64,000 bases of DNA from Bugula neritina (taxonomy: Eukaryota > Animalia > Bryozoa): assembly GCA_964035545.1 (NCBI GenBank), contig OZ037766.1:5570722-5634721 (forward strand), given 5' to 3'. Within the stretch, counting starts at the first letter, position 1, and each line of letters opens with the position of its first letter. The translations under genes and the position numbers were made by a program. The notes below the pieces were generated by a model. That model did not search any database and was not told the DNA's origin. It worked only from the letters and a program-made list of their open reading frames with translations. Below, piece after piece: positions 50,789-63,650 of the stretch.

Positions 50789-53700
50789 TTACATCTCTAT
50801 ACTGCCTCTTCGTTCATTACCTCTGCTGTTGTAATTTGAGTGATAATCGTCGGAGTAATACGTTCTGGTGTTGTACTGCTGTGGCTCTTCCCTTCGCTGA
50901 TAGTCGTAATAATCATCATAATACTCGTCTGGATGGGGTGGGCTCTCCATTTCATTGTACCCCTCCGGCTCTCTATACTGATTACCGTGATAGGCTCTAA
51001 ATGAGTCTTGCTCATCACCATAGCCTTGCGACCTGCCTGCATTGCCATGCGGTTGAGAGGGAGGGTAACCAGCCTCACCGTCTCCCCAATGCTGTCCATG
51101 AGAACTGTTTCTAAACTCATCCTGTGTATACAGAGTACGAGTGTCATGAGGGACGTTGTGGTTGAATCTATCTTGAACTGTGATTTCTGGGTGGTCCAAG
51201 TCAAAATCGCTGTATCGGTGGGGCTGACCAAATGCGTTTACACTCGAGCTGTGGGGGTGGGGGCTGTGAAGAATTTCCGGATGATCAACTGGTGCGAATG
51301 GAGACGGGTGTACATCGTGGTAGCCGTGATCTTGTGCATGCACACCGTAACTATTGTTCTCACCATACATGTTGGAAGCAGATGGGTTTCTTTCGTGGGA
51401 ATTCCTGTGCTGATCGTAAACACCACCATGATACTGGTTTGCCTGTTGATTACTAGGATTAGTGTTGTAAGCGGATGCTGATGCTGACAGACTTCCTGCA
51501 TAGCTTGACTGACCCCCAGTTGACCTTGCCGGTGTATTTATAGAACCGTACTGTTGGTGACCGACAACTCCTCCTGTTAACGAGTGATTCGTTCCATTAG
51601 TCTGGGCGTGAGATGCAGCGACTAAATGGTTAGGAATTTGCTGGCTGAGATTGTTGCCAGAGTACTGACTGTGATGAGGATGGGCAGTGTTGGGGTGTGC
51701 CGCTCTATAATATGCTTCTAGATACTCAGCTAAATGTTCACAAGCATCGTCCAGCTTATTCTCGTCCAGTACTACATCAATCATATCCTACAAATTAAAT
51801 TGTATTAGTAGCGTTGATTGTGATAATGATAGTAAATATACGTCTATTTAAAGGAAAAGAAGTAATAGCAAGTCGTTGTTATTTATATCTAGAGGTCATT
51901 GTTATTTATACCAATATTTTCTGCAAGCAGATTGAATTAACCAATAAGAATTCAGATGACAGAATGATTTTCTGCCTACTAGAAGCTCAAACAACTATGT
52001 CATACAAGCTTCACTGATAGCCTCATTCTGACTAAAATATTAGCCACTCACAGGAGGACAAGTGTTCAACTTTTCTGTAGCAATGAGCTGCACATTCATG
52101 TTTCTGACCTGCCTTCCGTCTCTGTTACGGATGAGTCTCTGCATCACCTAAGAGAAACAACACAAGGTTTATCATGTATATGCTATGCTCGAAGGAAATG
52201 TAGTACAGGAAGTGTTATATGTTGGCTACCTACATTACACTCATCTTCAGCACAATCAATATGACGGAGGATAAACGATTTCGTCAAAAAGAGCAAATAA
52301 TGGAGGAATGACAAGTAATTCTAATCTCAGCAATAAATAATCCCATTGCATAGTAACATCAATTTGAATTAATGAAAATATAAACTACAAAGTTACAATT
52401 TGAACAAGACTAATTAAAATTTGCGATTGTTAATTTTCGAAGAGGCGAATAGAAACTGTATATATTAGCATTTAGCTGCATTTGGAACTTATAAACTTCT
52501 GTATTGATATTCGAGTAAAACAAACACTACAACTACAGAGTAATGGTATACTAACATGTGATACAGGAACACAAACTGACCTTGGAAGAGCCTATCTTAA
52601 GATGAACTATGATGGGTGCCAAAGAGGTCTTGATAACTTGGTTAGGGTGATTGATCGTATCACAATCCAGTACCACCAACTGTAGAGATCGAGCTAGCTC
52701 AAATATTCTCTCCAACTCCGCCTGAACTTCAGCTGAAAATTGAAATCATTTGTCTAAAGAACTGCAAATACAACATCAAATATACAACACAATAATCTAT
52801 GCCAGTGGATACAAATATGAACTTGAAGCAAGGAAAAAATCAACTCGTACATAAAAAACCAACGCAAGTTTATAGTCACTATCTCTGTGAGAACCCCTGA
52901 TTAAAAGGGTTTTAAAATCGAGCTAAGGACTTATTAGTGGGGTTCAAACCTATGACCTTGTGTTTACTAGACAACTTACATAGATTAATTTTAAAAAGCA
53001 TTTTATTAGATAGTAGAGCATGACCCTCACCTAAACTTCCTCTGTTGCCGGAGCGTTCTACGACTGCCCGTTTAGTTGGGCTGTTTAGTAGAGACCTCTT
53101 AGCCAGAGCTATGTCCACGCTCACTCTGGTCACAACGATTCTGTTGGTAAACCTTTTCTTCAGGAAATCGAATATTGGTTTCTGCATCATATCGGTGACT
53201 TCGAAGCCCTTGAGTGCCGGCCCACATATGATGACTGGCCTCATTGATGGTACCACGTCGTACGGTTGCATCATCTGCACCTTCAACACAACTATTCCGT
53301 CAATACTCATTAATAATGAAAGCAGCCGATGTTCAAAAATTTGGAAAAAAATACCCAAACTCCGGAAATCATCATGCTTCCCGATATCTTGTAACATGTA
53401 AACAGCACATGACATACTTTTTTGAAAAATCCAGTCCGTTTGCCAGCCTCCCAGTCTCTGCCTGGCGTGGCGGATGGTTTGGATTGAGAAGTTGGCTTTG
53501 TCTTAGTGGTTGGTTGGTCGGAGGTCTGTGCGGTATTTCCTGAGTCATTGGAGTCCATCGAAGTACCTGGAGATGAGCAAACAAGCAGCACTACAGTGTC
53601 TGTGTGAGTCAAAGAATCTACATGTACGTCTGCAAACAGTACGTCTGCAAACAGTACGTCTGCAAACAGTACGTCTGCAAACAGTACGCCTGCAAACAGT

Positions 53701-56700
53701 ACGTCTGCAAACATTACGTCTGCAAACAGTACGCCTGCAAACAGTACGTCTGCAAACAGAAAGTAGTCTTACCATTAGAATGAGCGTAGTGCGATGCCTT
53801 CTGTATTTTTTCAAACTTTACTGGACTTGGCACAAATCCAACATCACAGTCTTCCTTCACCAGTCGACCAATCCACCAGTCATTGTTGTACTTCTAAAAT
53901 GTTCAAGAACCATGATAAAACATACTTAGCAACTGAATGTTTTGTAAGTATGATCACTTGGGGTATTCATGTAAATAAACAGCAGCTGCTATAACATTTA
54001 TATCAACATATTATAAAGCAACACGTTATGTAACTATTAAAAATAAACAATTAAGTTTAAATAACAAATAGTTGTAAATGCATGATCTTACAAAATATAT
54101 TATGTTATAAAACATATAATATATAAACATGTATCTACAGTATATATGTGATAAAACATACTATAAATAAACTATATCTATTGTACAATATACTATACAT
54201 AAATTTTATCTAAAAACCAATCAAGCCATAAGCCACATAATAAACATATGGGTTATGACACAAGTTATTTTTAAAATTAAATTTTATTTTGAGCAACCAT
54301 TAATTGTTATTAAACATTCTTACTATCTTAATGCATATTTCATTGTGATATATAATATTACATTCTCTTATATATAAATACTATATATTGTAAAACTCTT
54401 TAAGAAATACAGCATTTGTGTGAAAACTGGTTGCATTGCCTCACCTCCTTAATATGAAGGAATTCTTTTGGCCCGAAGCTAATATAGTGACCTTTTAGTG
54501 GGGAATCGTCTTCCAGTGATCCATCGTAGGAAATATTAGTCTTGACAGCAAACTTTACCGGTTTTACCTATAAAGGTAGAATAGAACAATCTACTATAAT
54601 ACTATAGTCATGTGGGAAAGAGAGAGTTGATTTAGTACAAACTAACAGGCTGCAATATAATTCATAATTTACAGTCTCAGTCTATAAACTCGCATTGATA
54701 AAACCAAACAGGAAATGAGGTAGTTTCCAATAGTTTGCTATCTATGGTCTGCTTCAGAAAATATTAGTGATAAGGAGTTGAACTTTTGTCTATATTTTTC
54801 GTAGAAGTAATCGTATTACAATTGTGGCCATCCTTTAAGTAAAAAGTTGCCAACTATCTTGGGACGGATGGATGACAATTTATAGCTAAGGATTCACTTG
54901 AACTTATATGCTACCGACTCAGATAATTAGATTCTACTTTCTTAGAACACATAATTGTATTTGTTGTTAAGAGGTGATCTAAGGTCAGCTAAAATTAGCA
55001 GCAAAAACAATGCGCACAGTCCAGGATAAGTACAATAACTCAATGTTGGTTAATATATGTTTAACATAATTTAATTTAGTACTAAAATTTTTAATGTATT
55101 ATGGGAGTTATCTGCTCGCAAAAACAGTATTCATATTGTGGCAGTCGCTCTATCATCCTATCAGTTTGACAATCCATTGAAAATAGTATTTTTAAAATCC
55201 ACAAAAAGTGGTGATAGTACGCAATGCTTTCTTCAACAGATACAATTGTGCCACGGACTTGAATGCTCCAAATTTCATGCCATGGATATTTGGGTCAACC
55301 AGGAAGAAAAGGAACTTTTTAAGTGCCGTAAAAGTAATTTCTGGTGAATAAAAACTAACAAATTACTAGTTGAAGAATTACCTGCAAGCCATAACTCACT
55401 ACGTGATAGTTGACTGGGAAATTTACAACAAAAAAAATCCCAAAAACAAATAATAAATAAAGAGAAACATATTACGTATTGAACCACTTGATGGCTTATA
55501 ACTTTTGTCTATCCAGGAATAGATTTTGCATCATACAAAATACAAGCAGTTTCAACATTGCTATTTGTTACACTTGCAATAGCACAGTGTACAATGCCAT
55601 CTCTATACATTATTAGCAGACTATCAACCAAGTTCCAAGGTACGGTTATTGATTTGTTCGATCAATTACGGAGTACAGAGTACCATTATGCATACACAAG
55701 CTACATATATTATCCATAAGCATCAGTCAAATGCATTAATATATTCAACCAATTCAACTCGGCAAAATCAAATCCAAAATAACAGGTTGCATTCTCTGAA
55801 GAGATAGGCTTTAGCATAGCTTCAGTACCTCAGATATTGTAGCTTGAAAACTAGTTGGTTTGCGGTAAGAACCAAACATTAGAAATTAAGTTTGATGTCT
55901 ATTCTACATTTCATCAGAAATTACAGAATAATGTAACTGAGACTAACGACGTTTATAACATGAAAGCCCCATATAACTATTTTCTCCTGCACCATAAATG
56001 TATTAATTGAGTGACATTTAAAAATGTCATATATTTGAAAGGGAGAAGTAATTAAGAAAAAATGTTGCTGTCCCATAAACCAACATTTGTAACACTGCAT
56101 GTAGTTCTCAATACACTGCATGGCCATACTATTCTAGAGCAAGCTTATTTTAGAAGGGAGAGCATCTATGTAATAATTTAAACTGGCAAACTCATTCAAA
56201 CTCTACACAAAGATACAATAACATGCTCAAAACTTTCAAAATTATCTTAAAAATAATGTCCAAATTACCCACATATTACTTATATATGAGGTAACATTTC
56301 AATATGCTGGCTGAAGCAGATAAAGAGATGAGAGACTAACCCTCGCCAACTCCAGTGCTTCAAAAGCTAGAAATTCCTCAGTTTGGAGCTCACCATTAGG
56401 TGGGGCAATGTTAGGTTTGTGGACAGGGGCTATGTGAGGAGAGGGCTGAGTTTGGTGAATGTGCTCATTTCCGCTAGGCCTGTTGTAAGAGGCGGCGTTG
56501 TGAGGGGAAGACATGTGACTTCCATTAGACTCCACGGAATCCTTATAAAGATACAATTCTTCTATAATTCTCATCAATATAAGTGATAACAACGTAATAT
56601 ATTTATTGTAAAAGTTATATGTGTGTTTGAAGTTGGGGTCACAGAAACTAAACAAGGCACCCTGGAAACATTTTATAAGGGGTGCAACAGTCCAGCTATA

Positions 56701-58418
56701 TAACATATCTAATACAGACTTGATGATAATGGGGCTAAAAATTCCAATCTTTGCTGCTTAATAATTATAAAATAAAACTGAAATAACAGGAAGGTCAATT
56801 ATTTCACATTTTAATCAGTTGTTACTTCTTATGCTCCAATTGTTGACTGGAATAAAATTGGTGTAATAAAACACATTAAGTAGTTTTATCCATTTTCCTA
56901 TTTGTGTTTAGTGGTGCTAGCATAGCAAAATAATCTTTATACAACCCAAGGCTGTGAAAATGCCTAAAATTTCTAAGAGTCAAACATCATTTATAAATAA
57001 AAAATAACAAGTTAAAACATTCTAAAGAGGCAAGTATATTTCGAACTAGCTAATAGAATACTATAACTTATTATATACATGCATAGCTACTGTAATAGAA
57101 TAGGCTGCTGTCAACTAGAAGCAAAATGAATACATAGTGGCATGATATGTACTAATCAATAACATGCTTTAGTTTATATCCACAAGTAGGTAATGTACTA
57201 AACTAGCCAGGAGCTGTTTCAGAGCAAATGGTTAAGGAATTATGGCTTCATAAAATTGATGACATAAATACCGACAGCAACTAAGCAAGCTACTGCTGAC
57301 TAGAAAGTTGAACTGCTGACTTCCATTTTATTATGCTAAAAATTAAAACTGGCATCAACACAATATTATTATACAACAATAATTATTAATACAAACAACC
57401 AGTTCCCACATGATTTTCTTCTATGACTTCTTAGCAATCTAAGATTGCTATTCATGGGCTAATTTGGAGAATTTTTAAATCAAGATATAACTAACACCAG
57501 CTGTTTGAAATAAAATAATCATAAAAAATCATACAGTAGACTCTTTTGGTAGGCTGGAATACAGCACATCCTTATTCATCACATAAGACACTATATTAAA
57601 TCTTTGACAGTTAAAATATGGCATTGAATACACAATTTATGCAAGTCTAATCATATACAAATCTATCAGCTCCTACAATATTTAAAATTATGAATCAGAT
57701 GATTATTTTTTTATCAAATAAATAACACAGATTAGCAAACAATGTAAAAGTCACCATCTAAATAGTATTGAGTGATCTAAAAGTGTTGAGTTAAACAGAA
57801 AAGTTAGAAAAATTCTACTTACGAAATGATTCATATTAAATATACTTTTTCCCCAGAAATAATATCAAGTGAAGATGGTAATCCGTCAGAAATAAAGAGT
57901 AAAATGATCAACAAGATTTAAACAAGAGAAAAGTAGAACTAGCTAAGACTATGTTAGTATTGATAGCATTAGTAGTGACAAAGAGAGCCCGTTGATGATA
58001 TTACTAACTGTCATTGTTTATATTAAGTGAGTGACAATTGCCAGCAGTTAGACATTTATTCTTAACTCATCAATAAAGAGTAGGCAGTATCAATAATAAA
58101 ATGGTTATGACTTGCATTGTAATCCGTCACGGATCTATAAGTTTACAAAACAGTATAATATGACGACAATCACTTATCATAATATAAGCTTGCGCCTCCA
58201 CTAAAGGCAAAAGTGTAAGAGAGAATTGATTTTTTTCAATGACCTCTATCATAGTTTACAACAGCTGTGAGAGTAAATATAACAAAAAGCGGTTACCGAG
58301 TTCATTAAACACAGATGATATTTAATAGATTAATATATACTAATACATTGAGTTATACCCATGATAGATATCCGAGTAAAGGGTACCGCTCAGCCTTCTG
58401 CACGTTGGCTTCCACCAT
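50789..58418 (-). CDS. CACNB: Voltage-gated calcium channel beta subunit (SH3-HOOK-GK), divergent, long C-terminal tail; ~716 aa with the tentative first exon
   Basis: Exons (58418-58359 tentative), 56541-56341, 54567-54445, 53893-53773, 53566-53418, 53280-53031, 52732-52581, 52147-52052, 51787-50789. [24 protein letters not shown]|[87 protein letters not shown]. Confidence 0.93.
52871..52975 (-). mobile_element. Truncated SINE-like fragment related to 29072-29270, in a CACNB intron
   Basis: tatagtcactatctctgtgagaacccctgattaaaagggttttaaaatcgagctaaggacttatt...ttgtgtttactag aligns by eye with 29072-29230. Confidence 0.5.
53625..53758 (+). repeat. 15-bp minisatellite (ACGTCTGCAAACAGT)x9 in a CACNB intron
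   Basis: Direct reading; lies within intron 53567-53772. Confidence 0.95.
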
Positions 58419-59787
58419 TTTTCTCTAACTGATGTTTTACAGGTTCTAACTCACAGCAGGCATCAATAACCAGTCTGCTATATTTAAATTACAATAAGCA
58501 AGTGACAGCTGCTTCTATCGGCTTCAGTATCGCAGATTAATAATGTAAAGTAACGTTTCTATACATCTCTAATTTATACACTATATTTAAGCTACTGTCA
58601 GGATTCTAATTCTAGTGATTTACTTATTATACTCAATCCCATTATGTCCATCATTTGATTAGAATAAATCAATATGAGAATGCTCTACGGTAATTCCCTT
58701 TGTGGCAGCAACATTTGATGCCGGACAAATTTGTGAGTCTTGGTCTCAGGAGTACACCAAAGCAAACATTTGCAGAAGTTTGACCGTTTTTACTGAAATA
58801 GCTTAGCGCAATAGAATATGCAGTGTGTTGCAACACCTGCAAATCATTGATTGGAAAATTTAAATGTTGTATAACACAGGATTGAAAAAGTTGACTTGTG
58901 TTATTTTTCCTAAGAAGCTAGTGTACTTTTACTAGAAAAACAATTTAGATATTTATTGTAAACAATTGAAGTTTACATAATTTCAAAACAGAATTACAGA
59001 AACTGAATACTAAAATATATATAAATTATACATATTTATGCAATATGCATATATTTAAAGCATTGCAAATCAAGTAATTGGTGCAAAATTACTGTGGTTG
59101 GTGAGCAGTTTTTCAAAAATAAGAGTTGTTTCATCATGATTTTTCACACTATTAGGAAGACAACTCCTTTTGAATTTTCTTAAAATTTGGTTTAGTTTTA
59201 TTTTATTAAATTATACATAATATTATATTTGAAGGCAATGTTTGAGCATTGAAACAGCAAACATCAATCAACTTCACAAACAATAGACCCTTTTCAGAGG
59301 TCTCTAATGTCCGCTTTCCAATTAAGAGTTGTGTTCTCCCTACCTTAAAATTGATAACACATCTTGATCTGATTGAACAAAAATGCACCATCATAAAACT
59401 AAAAATTATCATCTTGTATAGCAGCAGCATGCAAGATGGAGCTTGCAAATCTTATGCTGATTCAGTTTGCAGCAGAATGAATACTACTTAGTAGTAAACT
59501 AATCCGTAATCAATTGTAGCACTAGCTATCAGCTGCATAAAATTATATTTATTTATATTAAATTTAATTGAAAAAATAAAATACATTGGGAAGTACCTTG
59601 ATTTCAAAACATCACGAAAGTTTTTCTTAGTATTTGAGCTACTTGCACCAGAATTGTGAAGCCAAAGCCCAATAGCCATAGCCATAGTAACAGAATCTAC
59701 AATTTAGTTTTGATTTAAAATTCTAGATAAATTTACTAGCTAAAATCCATTCATTCTTCTAGCGAAAGAAAATTTTACAATGCAATA

Positions 59788-59820
59788 TGATTGGCTATTA
59801 CAAAATAATGAAACCAATGA
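59788..59820. promoter_or_regulatory. Inverted CCAAT pair in the CACNB/PIGA divergent region
   Basis: TGATTGGCT(59788)...AACCAATGA(59812). Confidence 0.4.
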
Positions 59821-60949
59821 AATGCCGTCTTAAGAAATAGCTCGCTCTAACTAGATCAGTTTAAAACTCTTCTTAAAACTGCCCTTAAGTATTGAAATAA
59901 ATTTAATATTTTTGATTAAACTTTCAAGTCTATTTCTATCCTAGTTTGTTGAAGCTTTTAGAAATATATACTGAATTTAGTTTCAACTTATAATTTATAA
60001 GTCTTTTAGTGTTTAATAAACAAAGCTAGGTTAAAGTCATAGCATGTCAAGTCAATTACAATCACAATGACAATCACTATCAGTATGAGTATCAGTATCA
60101 CTATGAGTATGATCACAGGTCATGGAGTTGGACATGCCCATGACAGGCCATGGTGATACTGATAGTCACCTTCATGGTGGGGATGGTAATCTTTACCGCA
60201 ATGGGCATGCAGTGATGCTGCAGGACTACTTGAGTGAAGTTATAATGTTTAAAAAAACTAACTTAAGGCTAATATTAATATTATGTTGGAGCAAGTTAAT
60301 GTTGTGATCTGACTCTAGTCAGTTTCATGGGCTTAAAAATCTTTTGAAACAACTCAGCATTTCAATGTAAAACTGAATGTTTTAGTTTATAATTTAAATT
60401 ATTGTTATTTATAACTTATCATTATGTAGTGTTAAGTTTTAGATTCAATTTTAATTCTATTGAGTAGTTAATGTTATTATTAAAACAGTTGCAGATATGT
60501 AAATTACCTCTACAGTTAATTAACTGTAAGTAATATATTTTATTGGCCAAGTTGATTGAGTGTATGATTTTGTTTCTGGTACCTTAGCAGTATGATAGGC
60601 AGTATGCTATATTAATACTTGCAGTTAAAGACGATACAAATTTAAACAGCCTACTTTGTGTGACGGAATTGACATTATTGACTGTCATTACATTCACAAA
60701 TGCAGAGTTAGATATCATCAAAACTTCAAGATTATGATAGCTTTTATTTACATAACTCTATTTATAAAGTTGATCTGTTTGAAAAAGCCTGAACTGCAAT
60801 TACCCATACATTGTAACGTTTGATTGAAGATACCTTATTTGTAACATGTATTGTAGAGGTTATTGCTAAAATACTTTCACATATACTGTTAATAATCACT
60901 ATTTCTACTTTTGGCAAGTTGTCAAGTTTGGTAAAGAATCACAAGTGCA

Positions 60950-63650
60950 ATGCCTTATAATATTTGGTGAGTTTAAATATTAACTGTGAACTTGAAGTTA
61001 GTACCTCCATTTTTTTCTTTTTCAGTTATTCTTAACTCTTTATTTTTAGCTGCTATATTTATTTTTATAATATATGCTTTGCAATTTGGCTTCAACTGTA
61101 ATTTCTTTTTTGTAAATCCTTAGTAATTTGTTAAAAGTTTCAGAAATTTGAATTAAAAATATAAAAGAAAATTTGAACTTTTTAATTCGATTATTAAATT
61201 AGATTTTATGATGTTCAGTAATAATCATGATTTAAAAATACCATTAAAACGCTCTGTGTTTCACCTAGTAAAACGTTATATTAGAACACCTGTATTTGTA
61301 GTATGGTATGCGATTTCTTCTATCCTAATATTGGAGGAGTTGAGAGCCATATATACCAGTTATCACAGTGTTTAATCAATAGAGGTCATAAGGTCGTAGT
61401 TGTTACTCATGCCTATGGCACCAGAGCTGGTATTCGGAATATGACTGGACAACTCAAGGTGGTAGCCTTTATATTACAAGATGACGTTCTTTACTATTTA
61501 TTTTATTTCTTCATAGCATTATAATTTTGCAATTTTGCCAATTTTTAGGTTTACTATCTGCCATTGAAAGCTTTTTACAAGCAATGTATATTTCCCACAA
61601 TATTCAATTCCTTTGCTCTCATACGGGAAGTTGTGATACGAGAGCAGATTCAGATCATTCATGGCCACTCCGTGAGTATATGATAATTATCTACTGCTCT
61701 GATCAGTTTATAGATTTCAATATTGAGTAATAGGTTTGTACCAAAACTGCTGGTTACTTATTCTTTGATAATTTACATAAATTAATATTGCTTGTTCTTC
61801 TTTAAAAATAATTACAATTAGTTTTGAGTAAATTTATGTACATTTGACTGGGTGTTGTTTTGTAGACCTCATTATAAGTTTTGTGTGTTTTAATTTCTTA
61901 CTCCATTGTTTTAGCAACATAATATAATCCAATATAATGCAACACTTTTAGATTCTATACTATATACTCTATAGTGTAGCAATGATGCAATCTAGTTGTA
62001 TAGTTTGCTGTTACTCTATCAGTGTCTAAATATTCATTGAGTCTTTTATAAACCAACAAAACAAAATCCTGTAATTGTTGCTAACTCAGCATAATTATAC
62101 AAGCAGCCGACGTGTTTACAATTTTCATGTAATAGCAATTTTTATTAACTTGTATTTTATTTATTGTAGTCATTCTCAACCCTGGCTCACGAGGCGTTGT
62201 TTCACTCAGCTGTATTGGGTGTCAGATCTGTGTTTACAGATCATTCTTTATTTGGGTTTGCAGATCTCAGTTCTATACTTACAAATAACGTCCTCAAGTT
62301 CTCTCTCAACAGTATCAACCACACTATTTGTGTTTCCAACACTGCGTAAGTTTATTCAATCTTATGCTGTTTGTTACTGATACAATTTTTATTTTCAAGT
62401 GTAAACAGCATAATGAGTTCTCTAATATTACAGAAGGGAGAATACAGTACTAAGATCTCATCAACATCCAAAGCATGTCTCTGTTATCCCCAATGCTATT
62501 GATGCATCTCAGTTCCGTCCTGATCCTGCCTTTCGCAGCAAAGATAAAAGTGTGTTACCAGGTTTTTTATATTTCATTAACGCATGTTCATATATGTTCA
62601 TGCTTTTACTAGCATATGTTTACATCTATTTATACTATTACTAGCATATGTTTATATATATTTATCCTATTATTAGCATATGTTCATATATATTCACACT
62701 ATTACTAGCATATGTTCTTATATATTCATCCTATTACTAACACATGTTCATATATATTCATACTATTACTAGCATATATTAATATATATTCATAGTATTA
62801 TCAACACATATTGATACTGTTGCTCCCTTGAGTTTATAACAAATACTATTATGCTTATTTTTCCTAAGAAACAACATTTTTATGCATTAGTCTTTAGCTG
62901 ATGCGTAGAAAAACCAGAATACATTGTTTCATGCACATAAAGTTTAGTCTAAAAGTCTATCAATTTCTTCTAGTAGTTATTTGGCAATGCTTTTTCAATT
63001 CAATCATTAAGCTATTGAAAGGAACCTGCGCTCTTTGCTTGCAGTAGTTATAGTGGTGATGAGTAGATTGGTGTACAGACGGGGCACTGATCTCTTAGTT
63101 GATATCATTCCATACATCTGTGAGAAGTATCCACAAGTTGAGTTCCTCATAGGTATGCTGTCAATGTTGGTGTACTTCTCCTAGGTATGCTATTGTTGGT
63201 GAACTTTTGATAGGTATGCTATTGTTGGTGCACTTTTGATAGGTATGCTATTACTGCTGTACATCCTATAAGTGTGCTATTTTTACTGCTATTTTTCTTA
63301 GGTATACTATTGTTGGTGTACGTATCATGTAACGTAAGCTTGGCCAAATCTGAGTCATATAAAAATAGATACTGGTAAACCTATGCTAGTCAAACGGCAA
63401 ACCTTCTGTTTATGTGTCATTTTTAGATGTTTGAGAAATTTAAACACTCTTCATCTATTCATTTTAATTTATAAGAGATGAGTAGGTTCATTCACTGCTA
63501 GGATGAATTTTGTAACAAAGTTCTGAATGATTATGATATTTAGGTGGGGACGGTGACAAGAGAGTCCTTCTGGAGCAGATTAGAGAGCAGCATAGTCTAC
63601 ACAGCAGAGTTAAACTGCTTGGCATGGTGAAACATGAACATGTTAGACAG
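60950..63650 (+). CDS. PIGA: Phosphatidylinositol N-acetylglucosaminyltransferase subunit A (GPI anchor biosynthesis), 5' part; continues past the window
   Basis: Exons 60950-60966 (MPYNI-C), 61302-61458, 61549-61671, 62170-62345, 62434-62549, 63045-63152, 63544-63650. [83 protein letters not shown]. Confidence 0.96.
62585..62800 (+). repeat. ~31-bp degenerate minisatellite in PIGA intron 5
   Basis: Unit like tattactagcatatgttcatatatattcatac, about 6-7 copies. Confidence 0.85.
63145..63322 (+). repeat. ~29-bp tandem repeat that copies the AG|GT exon-6 junction of PIGA
   Basis: Unit taggtatgctattgttggtgcacttttga; AG-GTAT with GT at 63153, 63185, 63214, 63243, 63302. Confidence 0.85.

Noticed and set aside
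50797-51501. Several long alternative-frame and antisense ORFs over the CACNB last exon
   Set aside because: Expected shadows of a GC-richer coding exon; no recognisable motifs.
53310-53929. ORFs with VRLQT / FADVL / VCRRT repeats
   Set aside because: 15-bp tandem repeat inside a CACNB intron; the flanking exons splice in frame without it.
60122-60307. His/Gly/Asp ORF upstream of PIGA
   Set aside because: Arises from a degenerate hexamer tract; the PIGA start is explained by exon 60950-60966.
63066-63086. [12 protein letters not shown] instead of the usual SRLVYRKG, and a CAGTAG tandem acceptor at 63042-63047
   Set aside because: A conservative K->R change and a common NAGNAG; no basis for a functional claim.
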